This document shows, one piece after another, positions 30,401-39,557 of a DNA stretch of 48,600 bases. A program made the position numbers and the translations under genes. The notes below the pieces were generated by a model, which was given only the letters and a program-made list of their open reading frames with translations, had not been told where the DNA came from and made no database searches. Location of the stretch: the NCBI GenBank assembly GCA_964247325.1, contig CAXTTZ010000002.1, positions 1-48,600 of the forward strand. The letters run 5' to 3'. Each line of letters begins with the position of its first letter. The stretch's first letter is position 1. The stretch is from an uncultured Acidobacteriaceae bacterium (GTDB lineage: Bacteria; Acidobacteriota; Terriglobia; Terriglobales; Acidobacteriaceae).

Positions 30401-30488
30401 GGCGAACCTCACCTTTATCAGATGAGAAACACGGTGGGAAGAAGCAAAGTTGCGCGTGATCCTGTCAAGAATCACGCGCAGTTCTCCG

Positions 30489-32981
30489 CTACTCGCCGCC
30501 TAGCCGCACCTTCACGCCGGCACGCACGGTCAACGGCAGCCCTGGGTAGCCGATCGGCCCGATGTGCTGGTTGTTGAGCAGGTTATCAAGCTGCGTGAAT
30601 AACGAAACGTGGTCGCGCACCTGGTACACTCCGCCCAGATCGAGCTTCAAATAGCCGAAGTCCAAGTTACGGTTCGGCAGCAGCAGCGAGTTGCCGCCCC
30701 CGAGGTCCGACCCGACCAAAAAGGTCGAATCGTCCGCCCGGCTAGCCAGCGCGCCCTTCAGCATGAGGTTGAGCCGTTGGCGCTTGTAGTCCACAGCAAA
30801 GAACCCGGTATGCGGCGGCCGCCGAAACGGCCGCGCCCCCACCAGCGGCGACAGCCCGCCAATGGCAACACCCGGCAGATTCGGGTTTTCGGTCGGCGTT
30901 CCTTGCCGCACCGCTGTCGCGTCGCCCGTAAACGACTGGCTCACGAGCGAGTCCAGGTACGTGTAGCCGCCGTGCACAAAAAACCCGCGCGGCGCCTGCC
31001 AGGTCACCTCGAGCTCCGCGCCCTGCGCCCGGTACGCCAGCGAGTTCAGAATCGCACCGAACAGAAACACGTTTGGATTGGTGGGCGCGAAGCCGAAGTA
31101 GGTTTGCAGATCCGCCGAACCCACATCCTCGAGCTGGTGCGAGAACTGATTGTGAAAGTAGTCCACCGACACGCGCAGCTTTTGTCCAAACAGCCCCTGA
31201 TCGAGCCCGGCATCGAGCGAACGCGCCCGCTCCGGGCCGAGCGGCTGGATGCCATAGAGCGCGATGTCCGCCGTGTCGCCGAAACTCGTCAGCTGCCGGT
31301 ACAGACTCGTGAACTCGGTCGCGAGCGAAGGCTCCTGCACGCCCGTCGCTAGGTTCAGGCGTAGTTTGGTTCCGCCGAGGCGCGCCGGCCCCGGTCGCAG
31401 CAGCACCCACGCCAGCCCTAGCCGCGGCTCCCCTGCGTAGCCGTAGAGATGATTCTTCTGCAGCGAGCCACCGAAGTTGTAAAAGATCCGGCTCTTGATG
31501 TCGCCCTGGAACTGCAGGTCCCACTCGTAGTTCGTGCGCTGAATCTGTTCCTGCGTGCCAAAAGCTCCGAAAGAAACGAAGCTGCCACGCTCGTTGTCGT
31601 ACCGAAAACCGAACAGCGCCGCGATGTGCTTAGGAAAGGTGTAGTCCGACTGGTAGTACAACTCGTCGCGATTCGACACCTGGTCGTTGCTCGTGCTGAA
31701 GAGCGAGGCTTGCCCGGTCGCCGTATAACCATTCGCGCCGCGGATCGTGACGGGATTGCCGAAGTACTCCGTGAAGGGCCCAAAGCTCGAAGAAAACGTC
31801 ACCGGTGTGCCCTGCTGGCCGAAGTACGCAGCCTGCAACCGCTTGCGCGCGACGCCGTAGCGCACGAGGTTGTGCCAATCGCGCTCCGTGCGGTCCTCGA
31901 CCGTGACATTGCCGTAGAGGTCCTGGTCGCCCTGCCTGCCCTGTTGCGTCAGGCCGTAAAAATCGTAGGCATTCGGCAAACCCTCGGCCGAAACGCCGTC
32001 GCGCACCGTCGCGCGCACGCTGGCGCCCTTGACCAGGTCATAGCCGAGGTTCGCGACGGCCGTGGAGTTATGGTACCGGTCGTTGGGCAGCGCATTAGAG
32101 GTATCAAACCTGGAGTAACCGCCGAAGTAGTCGAGCTTGCGCGCCGTGCCCCCGACGGTGGCCTCGTTGCGCCAGCTGTGGAGGTTTCCAGCGTCGCCCG
32201 AGTAGTTCAGCACGGGCTTCAGCGTCGTGCCGCGCGGCGTTGTCAAGCTCACCACACCCGACTGCGAATCACTCCCATACAGGGCACTGTTCGGATCGCG
32301 ATAGATCTCCACCCGTGCAATGCCCGTGCTCGCGACGGTCCCAAAATCGAAGCTCCCGCCCACATCCTCCGCAGGCACGCCATCGACCAATACCTTGTTG
32401 CCATCCGACGGCCCACCGCGCAGAAATAGCGAGGTCGCGCTGCCGGCTTGGCCGCTCTGCACCACGTTCACGCCAGGTGACTGCCGCAGCTCGCTCACCA
32501 GTCCCACGCGCGTGCTCAGGTCGCTGGCCTGGATCAGCGTCACCGGCGCGGTTAGCTGCGGCAGCGGCGTTGGCAAGCCGCTGGCCGTTACCGACACCTG
32601 CTGCTGCACCGTGGTGGCCGAGAGCACCACATCCTGCGCCACAACCTCCAGCGAGCCGCCGTAGAAGTCCTCCCCGATGCCCGGCAGATACCCTCCCGCC
32701 GAACCCAGCAACGTGAAACGGCCGCTCGCACCCGATCGCAACTCAAAGCTGCCGTCCGGCCCGGCATAGGCCACCCCAATCACGTGGCCGGCTTGTACCA
32801 ACTGCACTCGCCCACCCGGCACGGCCCTGTCCAGGGCATCGACCACACGGCCGCGCACCACCACCGCCCCTGCTGGCGCAGCGCCCAAGGCAGCCCCCAC
32901 AAGCACAACGAGCGACGGCCGCAGCGCACAGGCGGGCCTACGAAAATACGGCACAAACGGTTGTAGAAAAAAGCGCAACAT
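30489..32981 (-). CDS. TonB-dependent receptor, probable corrinoid (BtuB-like) transporter
   Basis: Signal peptide, N-terminal beta-sandwich, plug motifs VSVTAS, SLFLRGG, VLVDGVP, SALYGSD, and a barrel C-terminus; preceded by a cobalamin riboswitch. Confidence 0.88.
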   Translation of the reverse strand: MLRFFLQPFVPYFRRPACALRPSLVVLVGAALGAAPAGAVVVRGRVVDALDRAVPGGRVQLVQAGHVIGVAYAGPDGSFELRSGASGRFTLLGSAGGYLPGIGEDFYGGSLEVVAQDVVLSATTVQQQVSVTASGLPTPLPQLTAPVTLIQASDLSTRVGLVSELRQSPGVNVVQSGQAGSATSLFLRGGPSDGNKVLVDGVPAEDVGGSFDFGTVASTGIARVEIYRDPNSALYGSDSQSGVVSLTTPRGTTLKPVLNYSGDAGNLHSWRNEATVGGTARKLDYFGGYSRFDTSNALPNDRYHNSTAVANLGYDLVKGASVRATVRDGVSAEGLPNAYDFYGLTQQGRQGDQDLYGNVTVEDRTERDWHNLVRYGVARKRLQAAYFGQQGTPVTFSSSFGPFTEYFGNPVTIRGANGYTATGQASLFSTSNDQVSNRDELYYQSDYTFPKHIAALFGFRYDNERGSFVSFGAFGTQEQIQRTNYEWDLQFQGDIKSRIFYNFGGSLQKNHLYGYAGEPRLGLAWVLLRPGPARLGGTKLRLNLATGVQEPSLATEFTSLYRQLTSFGDTADIALYGIQPLGPERARSLDAGLDQGLFGQKLRVSVDYFHNQFSHQLEDVGSADLQTYFGFAPTNPNVFLFGAILNSLAYRAQGAELEVTWQAPRGFFVHGGYTYLDSLVSQSFTGDATAVRQGTPTENPNLPGVAIGGLSPLVGARPFRRPPHTGFFAVDYKRQRLNLMLKGALASRADDSTFLVGSDLGGGNSLLLPNRNLDFGYLKLDLGGVYQVRDHVSLFTQLDNLLNNQHIGPIGYPGLPLTVRAGVKVRLGGE

Positions 32982-33027
32982 CAGGTCTCCTCCGCTCTCC
33001 CCCGAGAGCGTGGCGAGGCATCGGCTG

Positions 33028-33285
33028 GGGAACCGGTCTCCTGACTGGCGCACTCGCCAAGCCGATCCTTCGCGGCCAGCCCTTCCCGACGACCCAAGGT
33101 CTTCAGTGAGCTGGCTGAATCAGCTTCATCCCCCAACCGCCGTGGCCGACGGCCGAAGATGTGCGCTTCACAGTTGCGGGGCAGTGGCGGACTTTCACCG
33201 CGCTTCCCAAAACATTCCCAAGCGGTTTGCGAAAACGTAGTAGCCGGCACACGAGCGCGACCAGGATGGGGCGACCTCCAGTGTA
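33028..33285 (-). ncRNA. Cobalamin (B12) riboswitch
   Basis: Minus strand reads GGGAAGCGCGGTGAAAGTCCGCCACTGCCCCGCAACTGTGA...CACTG...GGGAAGG...AGTCAGGAGACCG (B12 box) in the receptor leader; 5' boundary approximate. Confidence 0.92.
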
Positions 33286-33365
33286 CGGCAGTTTACGCGT
33301 GCGGCCCCGATGGCTTCGGATTCCCGGAGTCGCGCGAGCCGCTGCTTAACTGCTCACGCTCACAC

Positions 33366-34172
33366 TCAATTTGCTGAAGGTTTGTCGATGTGCTCGACAA
33401 TAAACACGGTTTCAGCAATGCGTCTTGGCACGATCTGTAGACCAAGCTGTTCTTGCACGGCGGTAAAGATTTCCGGGGCATCGCTGGTCGTACTGGCTGA
33501 CCCGTCTGGGTTTTCACGGCTCCAACGAAGTTGAAAATCATAGTTTCCACTTAGCCCCGTACTGTCGCGAACCAACTCGCGTGCCTCGGTGGACAAAAGC
33601 ATGTTGCATAAGTCCGGCATCGAGATGTTCTTCGCATCCAGTTGATAGCGAGCCGTGATGCGCCATTGTGGCTGCTGGGCTTCGCCTACCGTGGGGCGTA
33701 GTGCTTCCGGCTTTGGACCACCTTTCTTAACCACCAAAGCATATTCCGGGAAGGTTCGGGATTCCGTGTGCAGGCTAAGTGCGAACCGCTCTTTTAAAAC
33801 ATCGCGAAGCAGGGCGTTCTGCTCAGCTGGTTTAAGGGAACCATATGCAGCTATATCGGCCTCGCTCACTTTAGCCGTAATGTCGTACTGTTCCCTTCTC
33901 ACCCAATCGGGAGCTCCAAAAACAAAACTGTCCAATGCGATCCCATATGCAGTCTGGAGCAGAAACATGGTAGACATTGATTGCCCGGTGATTCCGTCCG
34001 GAAGAGGTTTATAGACAGATCGAACCTGCGGCGTGCTCGGTCGAATCGACACCACAGAGAAATGAATGGGCGGTGTCCTAACCTGGATTGAACTCTCCTG
34101 TGCCCGTGCCGAGCCACACATCGCCAAACCAAGACAGCATCGAAGCAAAATACTTCCCATGTATCTCTGCAT
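33366..34172 (-). CDS. TIGR03435-family (soil Acidobacteria-associated) exported protein
   Basis: FSVVSIRPS, LLQTAYG, PDWV..QYDITAK, LKERFAL, DSTGLSGNYDFQLRW, IFTAVQEQLGL, VEHIDKPSAN. Confidence 0.88.
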   Translation of the reverse strand: MQRYMGSILLRCCLGLAMCGSARAQESSIQVRTPPIHFSVVSIRPSTPQVRSVYKPLPDGITGQSMSTMFLLQTAYGIALDSFVFGAPDWVRREQYDITAKVSEADIAAYGSLKPAEQNALLRDVLKERFALSLHTESRTFPEYALVVKKGGPKPEALRPTVGEAQQPQWRITARYQLDAKNISMPDLCNMLLSTEARELVRDSTGLSGNYDFQLRWSRENPDGSASTTSDAPEIFTAVQEQLGLQIVPRRIAETVFIVEHIDKPSAN

Positions 34173-34233
34173 GCCTATTCCTTCGTTACGTCGCCTTGCC
34201 GGGTGAGCTACGCAGGATAGGACGCAGTATCGC

Positions 34234-35202
34234 TCAAAACGTCAGCAGCACCTTGCCGGTCGTCTTGCGCGCTTGCAGATCCTCATGCGCCTGCCGCGCT
34301 TCGGCCAGGGGATAGCGGTGACCGATTCGCACCTTTAACTCGCCCTTGACCACCCAATCGAAGACCTCTGCAGCCCGCCGCTCCAACTCAGCCCGGGTTC
34401 GCGTGTAGTCCTTCAGCGTCGGCCGCGTGACGTAAAGCGAACCGAGCGTTGAAAGCCGGATCAGATCAAATGCTGGCACCGCGCCGCTTGACGCCCCGTA
34501 CAGCGCCAACAATCCGCGCGGCTGCAGCGAGCACAGCGAATCCTCAAAGGTCGTCTTGCCCACGGAGTCGTATACCACGGGCAGCCCAGCGCCGCCGGTC
34601 TCCTGCCGCACCGCATCAAGGAAGTTTTCCTGCGTGTACACGATCGCGCGATCGGCACCAGCTTCGCGCGAAAGCTCGGCCTTCTCCTCGGTCGACACGG
34701 TCGTCAGCACGCGCGCCCCGAGCCGCTTGGCAATCTGCGTCAGCAGCAGCCCCACCCCGCCCGCGCCGGCGTGCACCAGCACGGTATCCCCGGGCCGAAT
34801 CCGGTAGGTGTCGTAGGCCAGGTAGTGCGCCGTAAGTCCCTGCAGCAGCACAGCCGCGGCTAGCTCGAAGCTAATGCCTTCGGGCAAGCGCAGCAGCTCC
34901 AACGCAGGCGCCAAGGCCAGCTCCGCATAGGTGCCCCGTGTGCCCTGCCACGCCACACGATCGCCCACGGCTAATTCCGTCACGCCCGGCCCCAAGGCTT
35001 CGACCGTACCCGCGGCCTCTTGCCCTGGAACGAAGGGCAGCGGCGAGGGGTAGCGACCTTCCCGTAGGTAGGTGTCAATGAAGTTGACCCCCGAGGCCTG
35101 AATGCGGACCAGCACCTGGCCCGGCCCAGGCTCTTGCACTGGCAGATCGGTCAAGGTGAGGACCTCAGGTCCTCCCGTTCGGTTTACTTGAATGGCGCGC
35201 AC
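34234..35202 (-). CDS. qor: NADPH:quinone oxidoreductase (zeta-crystallin/MDR family)
   Basis: GGPEVL, GVNFIDTY, LQGLTAHYL, HAGAGGVG, YDSVGKTTF, GSLYVTRP, RKTTGKVLL. Confidence 0.93.
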   Translation of the reverse strand: MRAIQVNRTGGPEVLTLTDLPVQEPGPGQVLVRIQASGVNFIDTYLREGRYPSPLPFVPGQEAAGTVEALGPGVTELAVGDRVAWQGTRGTYAELALAPALELLRLPEGISFELAAAVLLQGLTAHYLAYDTYRIRPGDTVLVHAGAGGVGLLLTQIAKRLGARVLTTVSTEEKAELSREAGADRAIVYTQENFLDAVRQETGGAGLPVVYDSVGKTTFEDSLCSLQPRGLLALYGASSGAVPAFDLIRLSTLGSLYVTRPTLKDYTRTRAELERRAAEVFDWVVKGELKVRIGHRYPLAEARQAHEDLQARKTTGKVLLTF

Positions 35203-35268
35203 GTTTTCTCCCCTTCGGCCATCCGGCGAGGGATGGTGCTCGTTCAGTGGATTGGCCCAGCAGTTCCC

Positions 35269-36246
35269 TTAGCGAATCAGATGCTCTTCGGAGGGCCGCA
35301 TCCGCACCACGCGATCAATCGCATAGGGCGAGCGCTGCCCTTGTGCAAAGAAGTGCCGCACCTGCAGCTCGCCCAGCAGGCCGATGCCCACCAGCTGCAC
35401 GCCCGCTAGAATCAGCACCGCCGCAATCACAAACCAAGGCGCATGCTGCCCAGCGACCGCGCCATGCGAAATTAGCTTGGCCAGCAGCAGCCAAAGCGCA
35501 ATCGCACCACCGCTCAGCACGCTCACCGAGCCGACCCCGCCGAAGAAATGCAGCGGTCGCGTCATATATTTGAGCAAAAATCGGATCGTAACCAGGTCGA
35601 ACATGACCCGGAAAGTGCGCGAGATCCCATAATGGCTCTGCCCCGCTTCGCGCGCCGGGTTCGAGATCGGCACCTCGCAGATGGTCGCGCCGTACCAGCT
35701 CGCCAGCGCCGGAATGAACCGGTGCATCTCGCCGTAAAGGGGTATGTTCTGGATCACCTCGCGCCGGTACGCTTTAAAGGTGGTGCCAAAATCGTGAATC
35801 TCTACCCCGGAAAGCCGCCGCATGAGCCAGTTGGCCGCTGTCGAGGGCACGCGCCGCAGCACCAGGTTGTCGGCCCGCTGCGCTCGCCAGCCGCTCACCA
35901 CGTCATAGCCCTCTTCGAGCTTGGCCATAAACTGCGGGATTTCGGCCGGATCATGCTGTAGATCGCCGTCCATGGCCAGAATGAAGTCGCCCGTCGCATG
36001 GTCAAATCCGGCAGCCAAAGCGGAGGTCTGCCCAAAGTTGCGCCGCAGCTTGATCAGCAGCACCCGCGAGTCCACCGCTGCGATCTCCTCCAGCAAACGG
36101 TACGTGCGGTCGCGCGAACCGTCATCGACAAACACCAGCTCAAAGCTCTCGCTGATGGTCTCCATCACCTCTTTTACGCGATCGTACAGCCGCGTCACGC
36201 TCTGTTCCTCGTTATGGAACGGCACAACAATGGAGTATTTCGGCAT
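35269..36246 (-). CDS. GT2 polyprenyl-phosphate glycosyltransferase (ArnC/GtrB-like)
   Basis: SIVVPFHNEE, VDDGSRD, RNFGQTSALAAG, MDGDLQHDP, GEMHRFIP, two C-terminal TM helices. Confidence 0.9.
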   Translation of the reverse strand: MPKYSIVVPFHNEEQSVTRLYDRVKEVMETISESFELVFVDDGSRDRTYRLLEEIAAVDSRVLLIKLRRNFGQTSALAAGFDHATGDFILAMDGDLQHDPAEIPQFMAKLEEGYDVVSGWRAQRADNLVLRRVPSTAANWLMRRLSGVEIHDFGTTFKAYRREVIQNIPLYGEMHRFIPALASWYGATICEVPISNPAREAGQSHYGISRTFRVMFDLVTIRFLLKYMTRPLHFFGGVGSVSVLSGGAIALWLLLAKLISHGAVAGQHAPWFVIAAVLILAGVQLVGIGLLGELQVRHFFAQGQRSPYAIDRVVRMRPSEEHLIR

Positions 36247-36314
36247 CCCTCCATTCTAAACCCGCGCCCGCCACCCAACCCAGCCGCGCCTTCGCGCTAC
36301 ACTAGAAGGCACAT

Positions 36315-36391
36315 GGCCCGGTAGCTCAGATGCATAGAGCGGCGCACTCCTAAGGCGAAGGTCGCAGGTTGGACTCCTGCCCGGGCCACCA
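36315..36391 (+). tRNA. tRNA-Arg(CCT), non-canonical
   Basis: Cloverleaf GGCCCGG/CCGGGCC-ACCA, D stem GCTC/GAGC, anticodon loop CTCCTAA, T stem GCAGG/CCTGC; deviations C19, G56, G27.A43, A31.G39. Confidence 0.85.
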
Positions 36392-36488
36392 TCAAACGAA
36401 ACGATTCCAACTGCTTAAGGCGCGCAGGAAATGGAAGCTTTCAAGGTAGCTGGAGAGCTGTGCCGTTTTTGTGTCACTTAATTTCTGA

Positions 36489-36926
36489 TCAATGCGTTGC
36501 TGAGCGAAGCTTGCGGGTACGTATTATTTGGCGAGCAAAGAGATACAGCAAGAAGCCAATGGGGCCAAGCAAGAACGTCAACACGAGCAACGGGATCATC
36601 CACCCGTGGGCGATCCCGTTTCGCTTAGCGTCGTTCAACTCCCAGGCACCTACGAATAGGTCGAAGGCAAGATAGTGCACCCACCCTGCTGTAAGCAACC
36701 ATGGGTTGCGAAAGAGCAGGGCTACGTCTGCAAGGGATCCGAACCCGCCGGCGTGACCCTGCCAGTGTAGACACACAAGCAGGAGGTAAATGAGAGCAAG
36801 TGTGCCGGGGAAGATGTACCTGCCGGCAATGGTCGCCACCTGTTTGTACCAGCCTACTGTGATAAGGATTACCCATCCCAAACTGGCAAATGCGCCCGAG
36901 TAACTAAAGACCTGATCGGGGGTCAT
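36489..36926 (-). CDS. ABA4-like (DUF4281) membrane protein
   Basis: GGFGSLADVALLF, AGWVHYLAFDLFVGAW, LTFLLGPIGFLLY. Confidence 0.88.
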   Translation of the reverse strand: MTPDQVFSYSGAFASLGWVILITVGWYKQVATIAGRYIFPGTLALIYLLLVCLHWQGHAGGFGSLADVALLFRNPWLLTAGWVHYLAFDLFVGAWELNDAKRNGIAHGWMIPLLVLTFLLGPIGFLLYLFARQIIRTRKLRSATH

Positions 36927-37891
36927 ATTGTAACCTCACTTTCTTGTACGTTGCTGACGCGGAGCTTCTGCATCGACAAAACCATCGCAAATGCGACAAA
37001 GGAGGCTACGCCCCATGCAGCCCAGACACTCAGGACCGGAGCCGAATAATCTGTGATAGGAAGTCCAGCAAGCGCTTCCAGGAGCGTCATCAAGAATAAG
37101 ACACCGTAACTGACCGCCGTGATCGAGATCAGCCAAACTTTTTGTCTCATCTCGAGACGGGCAAAGCTCAGACAAAGGGCAAGCAGGACGAGTATCTGCA
37201 AGGCATGTAAGCCAAGGAAGTGGGCAACTCGAATGTCTCCATACTGAGTGCTCCAACCGAGAAAAGGTAGACCTTTGCCCCCGTCGATGCCACCAACTGA
37301 ATGTGCTCCCACCACAGTTACATGCTGGCCTGCTGCTTGGGCCTTTTGTTGAGCAGGTGTGGGGCGAACCATAAGCGCCCCCGTTCCCGCGCCCAATACA
37401 ATCAGTACCATGCCGGCGCGGACCGCCGTTGTGAATGAACGATCTCCGTACTTTTGGAAGAAGGTCGCAACGGCTAAGACTATGCTTGCGAGCCAAACCG
37501 TACCTACGCCAACGCCCATCAGGGTATACACAGTGGTATCGAAAGACGTCGCGATGTTGAAGTGACTGGTTGTGTGCCGGAAGGCTTGAAGGTCGATGCA
37601 ACCGACTTCCAGAACAAGAACGAAGCTCGTCACGCCTGCTACGATCTGGAGCAGTTTGCGCCAGATCGAGGTCCACCGAACGATTGTGATGACGCTGAGC
37701 GCGTAGATACCAGTCGATAGCGCAAACTTCATCGGCTTATCCCATGCAGGAGCACCTGTGATCAGGGTGTGATCGGTGAGGAGGCCGATCGTGCAGATTA
37801 TCAGATCAAGAAGCATGGCGGCTGTGGTCAGGAACAAGATTGGTGCGATGTGAAACCAGTCTCGCGTAAGTGAACGTGTGCGCTGCAACAT
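36923..37891 (-). CDS. Multi-pass membrane protein, typical partner of ABA4-like genes
   Basis: GAPAWDKPMKFALS, QAFRHTTSHFN, GAHSVGGIDGG.GLPFLGWST.GDIRVAHFLGLHALQ; ATGA overlap with the ABA4-like gene. Confidence 0.8.
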   Translation of the reverse strand: MLQRTRSLTRDWFHIAPILFLTTAAMLLDLIICTIGLLTDHTLITGAPAWDKPMKFALSTGIYALSVITIVRWTSIWRKLLQIVAGVTSFVLVLEVGCIDLQAFRHTTSHFNIATSFDTTVYTLMGVGVGTVWLASIVLAVATFFQKYGDRSFTTAVRAGMVLIVLGAGTGALMVRPTPAQQKAQAAGQHVTVVGAHSVGGIDGGKGLPFLGWSTQYGDIRVAHFLGLHALQILVLLALCLSFARLEMRQKVWLISITAVSYGVLFLMTLLEALAGLPITDYSAPVLSVWAAWGVASFVAFAMVLSMQKLRVSNVQESEVTI

Positions 37892-38052
37892 CGGAGTCTC
37901 GTCTCTCTGCCTACAAGTGCAGGCCTAGTACTTAGTGCTACGGTGGCGAGTGCAGGGACAAAACTCGTCAGCGGGAGAAAGATCGGGGCATCTACAGGTA
38001 GCACGACATGGGTCCCCTGCGCTGCACTCGCCCCGAGTAGGCCAAAGCCTCT

Positions 38053-38193
38053 TCATCCGACAAGAGCCCGGCTAAGACCCACCCCAACGGGTATGGCGCC
38101 GGCACTTGATTGCGCCAGAAGCAAGCATCTGTTTCCGGCAAGGGCGAGGCTGACTACAACTGCACCCGCAAGCGGCTTGCATGTCATCTTCAT
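38053..38193 (-). pseudogene. 46-aa ORF consisting mostly of a signal peptide (probable gene remnant)
   Basis: AAAGGAG RBS, then MKMTCKPLAGAVVVSLALAGNRCLLLAQSSAGAIPVGVGLSRALVG*. Confidence 0.4.
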
Positions 38194-38258
38194 GTTGGCT
38201 CCTTTGGCCGTGGCGGCTCAGTTCTGTACATTCTGCCACTCTTCCGTATGAATACAAT

Positions 38259-38278
38259 AAACCGTACACGTACGGTTT
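38259..38278. promoter_or_regulatory. Palindromic operator (probable TetR site)
   Basis: AAACCGTAC-AC-GTACGGTTT; the 12-mer ACCGTACACGTA recurs at 38388-38399. Confidence 0.6.
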
Positions 38279-38387
38279 TACTGCACATCGCCGTATTTGT
38301 ACAGCGATGCTCGCAATTCTCAGTTTTACTGACTTTTCTTCTGGGTGCAGCATTGGTTGTGCAATGGCGGTCAGGGTTCCTTTCGGC

Positions 38388-38403
38388 ACCGTACACGTAT
38401 AAT
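38388..38403 (+). promoter_or_regulatory. Second operator copy overlapping the TATAAT -10 box of the tetR gene
   Basis: ACCGTACACGTA overlaps TATAAT at 38398-38403, 32 nt upstream of ATG 38436. Confidence 0.55.
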
Positions 38404-38435
38404 GAAAGAAAGTGTGAAGAGGGGGACGCATCGAG

Positions 38436-39056
38436 ATGCCGGCCACAGAGCGTCGGGAACGCGAGAAGCAGGAGTTAAGGCAAAAGATCCTGCGTGCTGC
38501 CAGTGAAATCATTAAGGAGGAGGGATATGACGCCCTCACGATCCGCAAAATCGCGACCCGCCTTGATTACTCACCGATGGCGCTATACAGCCACTTTGTC
38601 GACAAACAGGCCATCCTGCTGGCCTTAGCGGGAGAGGTCTACAAAAAAATAGAGGACGAGCGCCTGCGTCGCAGCAAAAACCCATTAACAATGCTTCGAA
38701 GAGCTTTGTTGTTGTACATCGACTTTGGCCTCAGGCATGCGTCCGAGTATCAATTGGTCTTCATGACCCGATTCCCTGAACCGTCGAGCGCCTTGGAGGA
38801 GGAATACACAAAATCTGATAAGGCAGGGTATCAGTCATTTGGACGACTTACTGGATACGTCGCGGCCTGCGTGTCAGATAATAAGATGAAAGGGGATCCC
38901 TTTGAAATCGCGACGGTCCTCTGGGCTGGGGTCCACGGAGTCGTCTCACTCTTAATCACCCAAACGGGTTTCCCTTTTGGTCAGCGAACGGCGTATGCGA
39001 CACGAGTAGTTGATACTCTGCTCAGGGGCGTGATCTCGGACAACAAAAAGCTGTGA
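38436..39056 (+). CDS. TetR/AcrR family regulator (WHG-type C-terminal domain)
   Basis: HTH ILRAA..EGYDALTIRKIA..YSPMALYSHFVDK; YQLVF; LWAGVHG. Confidence 0.92.
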   Translation: MPATERREREKQELRQKILRAASEIIKEEGYDALTIRKIATRLDYSPMALYSHFVDKQAILLALAGEVYKKIEDERLRRSKNPLTMLRRALLLYIDFGLRHASEYQLVFMTRFPEPSSALEEEYTKSDKAGYQSFGRLTGYVAACVSDNKMKGDPFEIATVLWAGVHGVVSLLITQTGFPFGQRTAYATRVVDTLLRGVISDNKKL

Positions 39057-39557
39057 AGGCCGTCGCTGCTCTGTAAAGCGCAGTATGGCTCCTGTTTGGG
39101 ATCAACAGGTAAAAACTCCTCTAGGGTGACCAACAGAGCGACCTCCTGTCACGAGGTGAGGCGGCACAGGCTTTCCCCTTTGCCGCGGCAAAGCTAAGCC
39201 TGCACCACGAAAATCTGGATGCAGGCGCCGCATGCCGACACCGGCTCTTAAATGCGTCGCAGTGTTCGCACGGCGGAACTCGGATCGATGCGAGAACTTT
39301 TCGGCTCTCACCCCAACACGGCTTTGGCATTGCTCTGTCCAAAGCGGAGAGCGGCAAGAGCGTTACATGGAAGCAGAACAAGGGCAAGCTCTGGCCGCAG
39401 CAGCGCGCCTACAGTGTCCCAACCTTGCTGTCACCAGAGGCAGTTTGCTAGCCAGGCAGATGGTCATTTTACCTCTTCGGAGGCGGAACACTCCACAACC
39501 GAGGTCGATTCTGTAGCCCCGTACTGACCTCTGCCACAAGCTACCAAGACTTGCTGA

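Noticed and set aside
39060-39550. Possible gene or ncRNA in the gap after tetR (includes palindrome TTTGCCGCGGCAAA)
   Set aside because: No recognisable protein motif or RNA family; probably decayed sequence.
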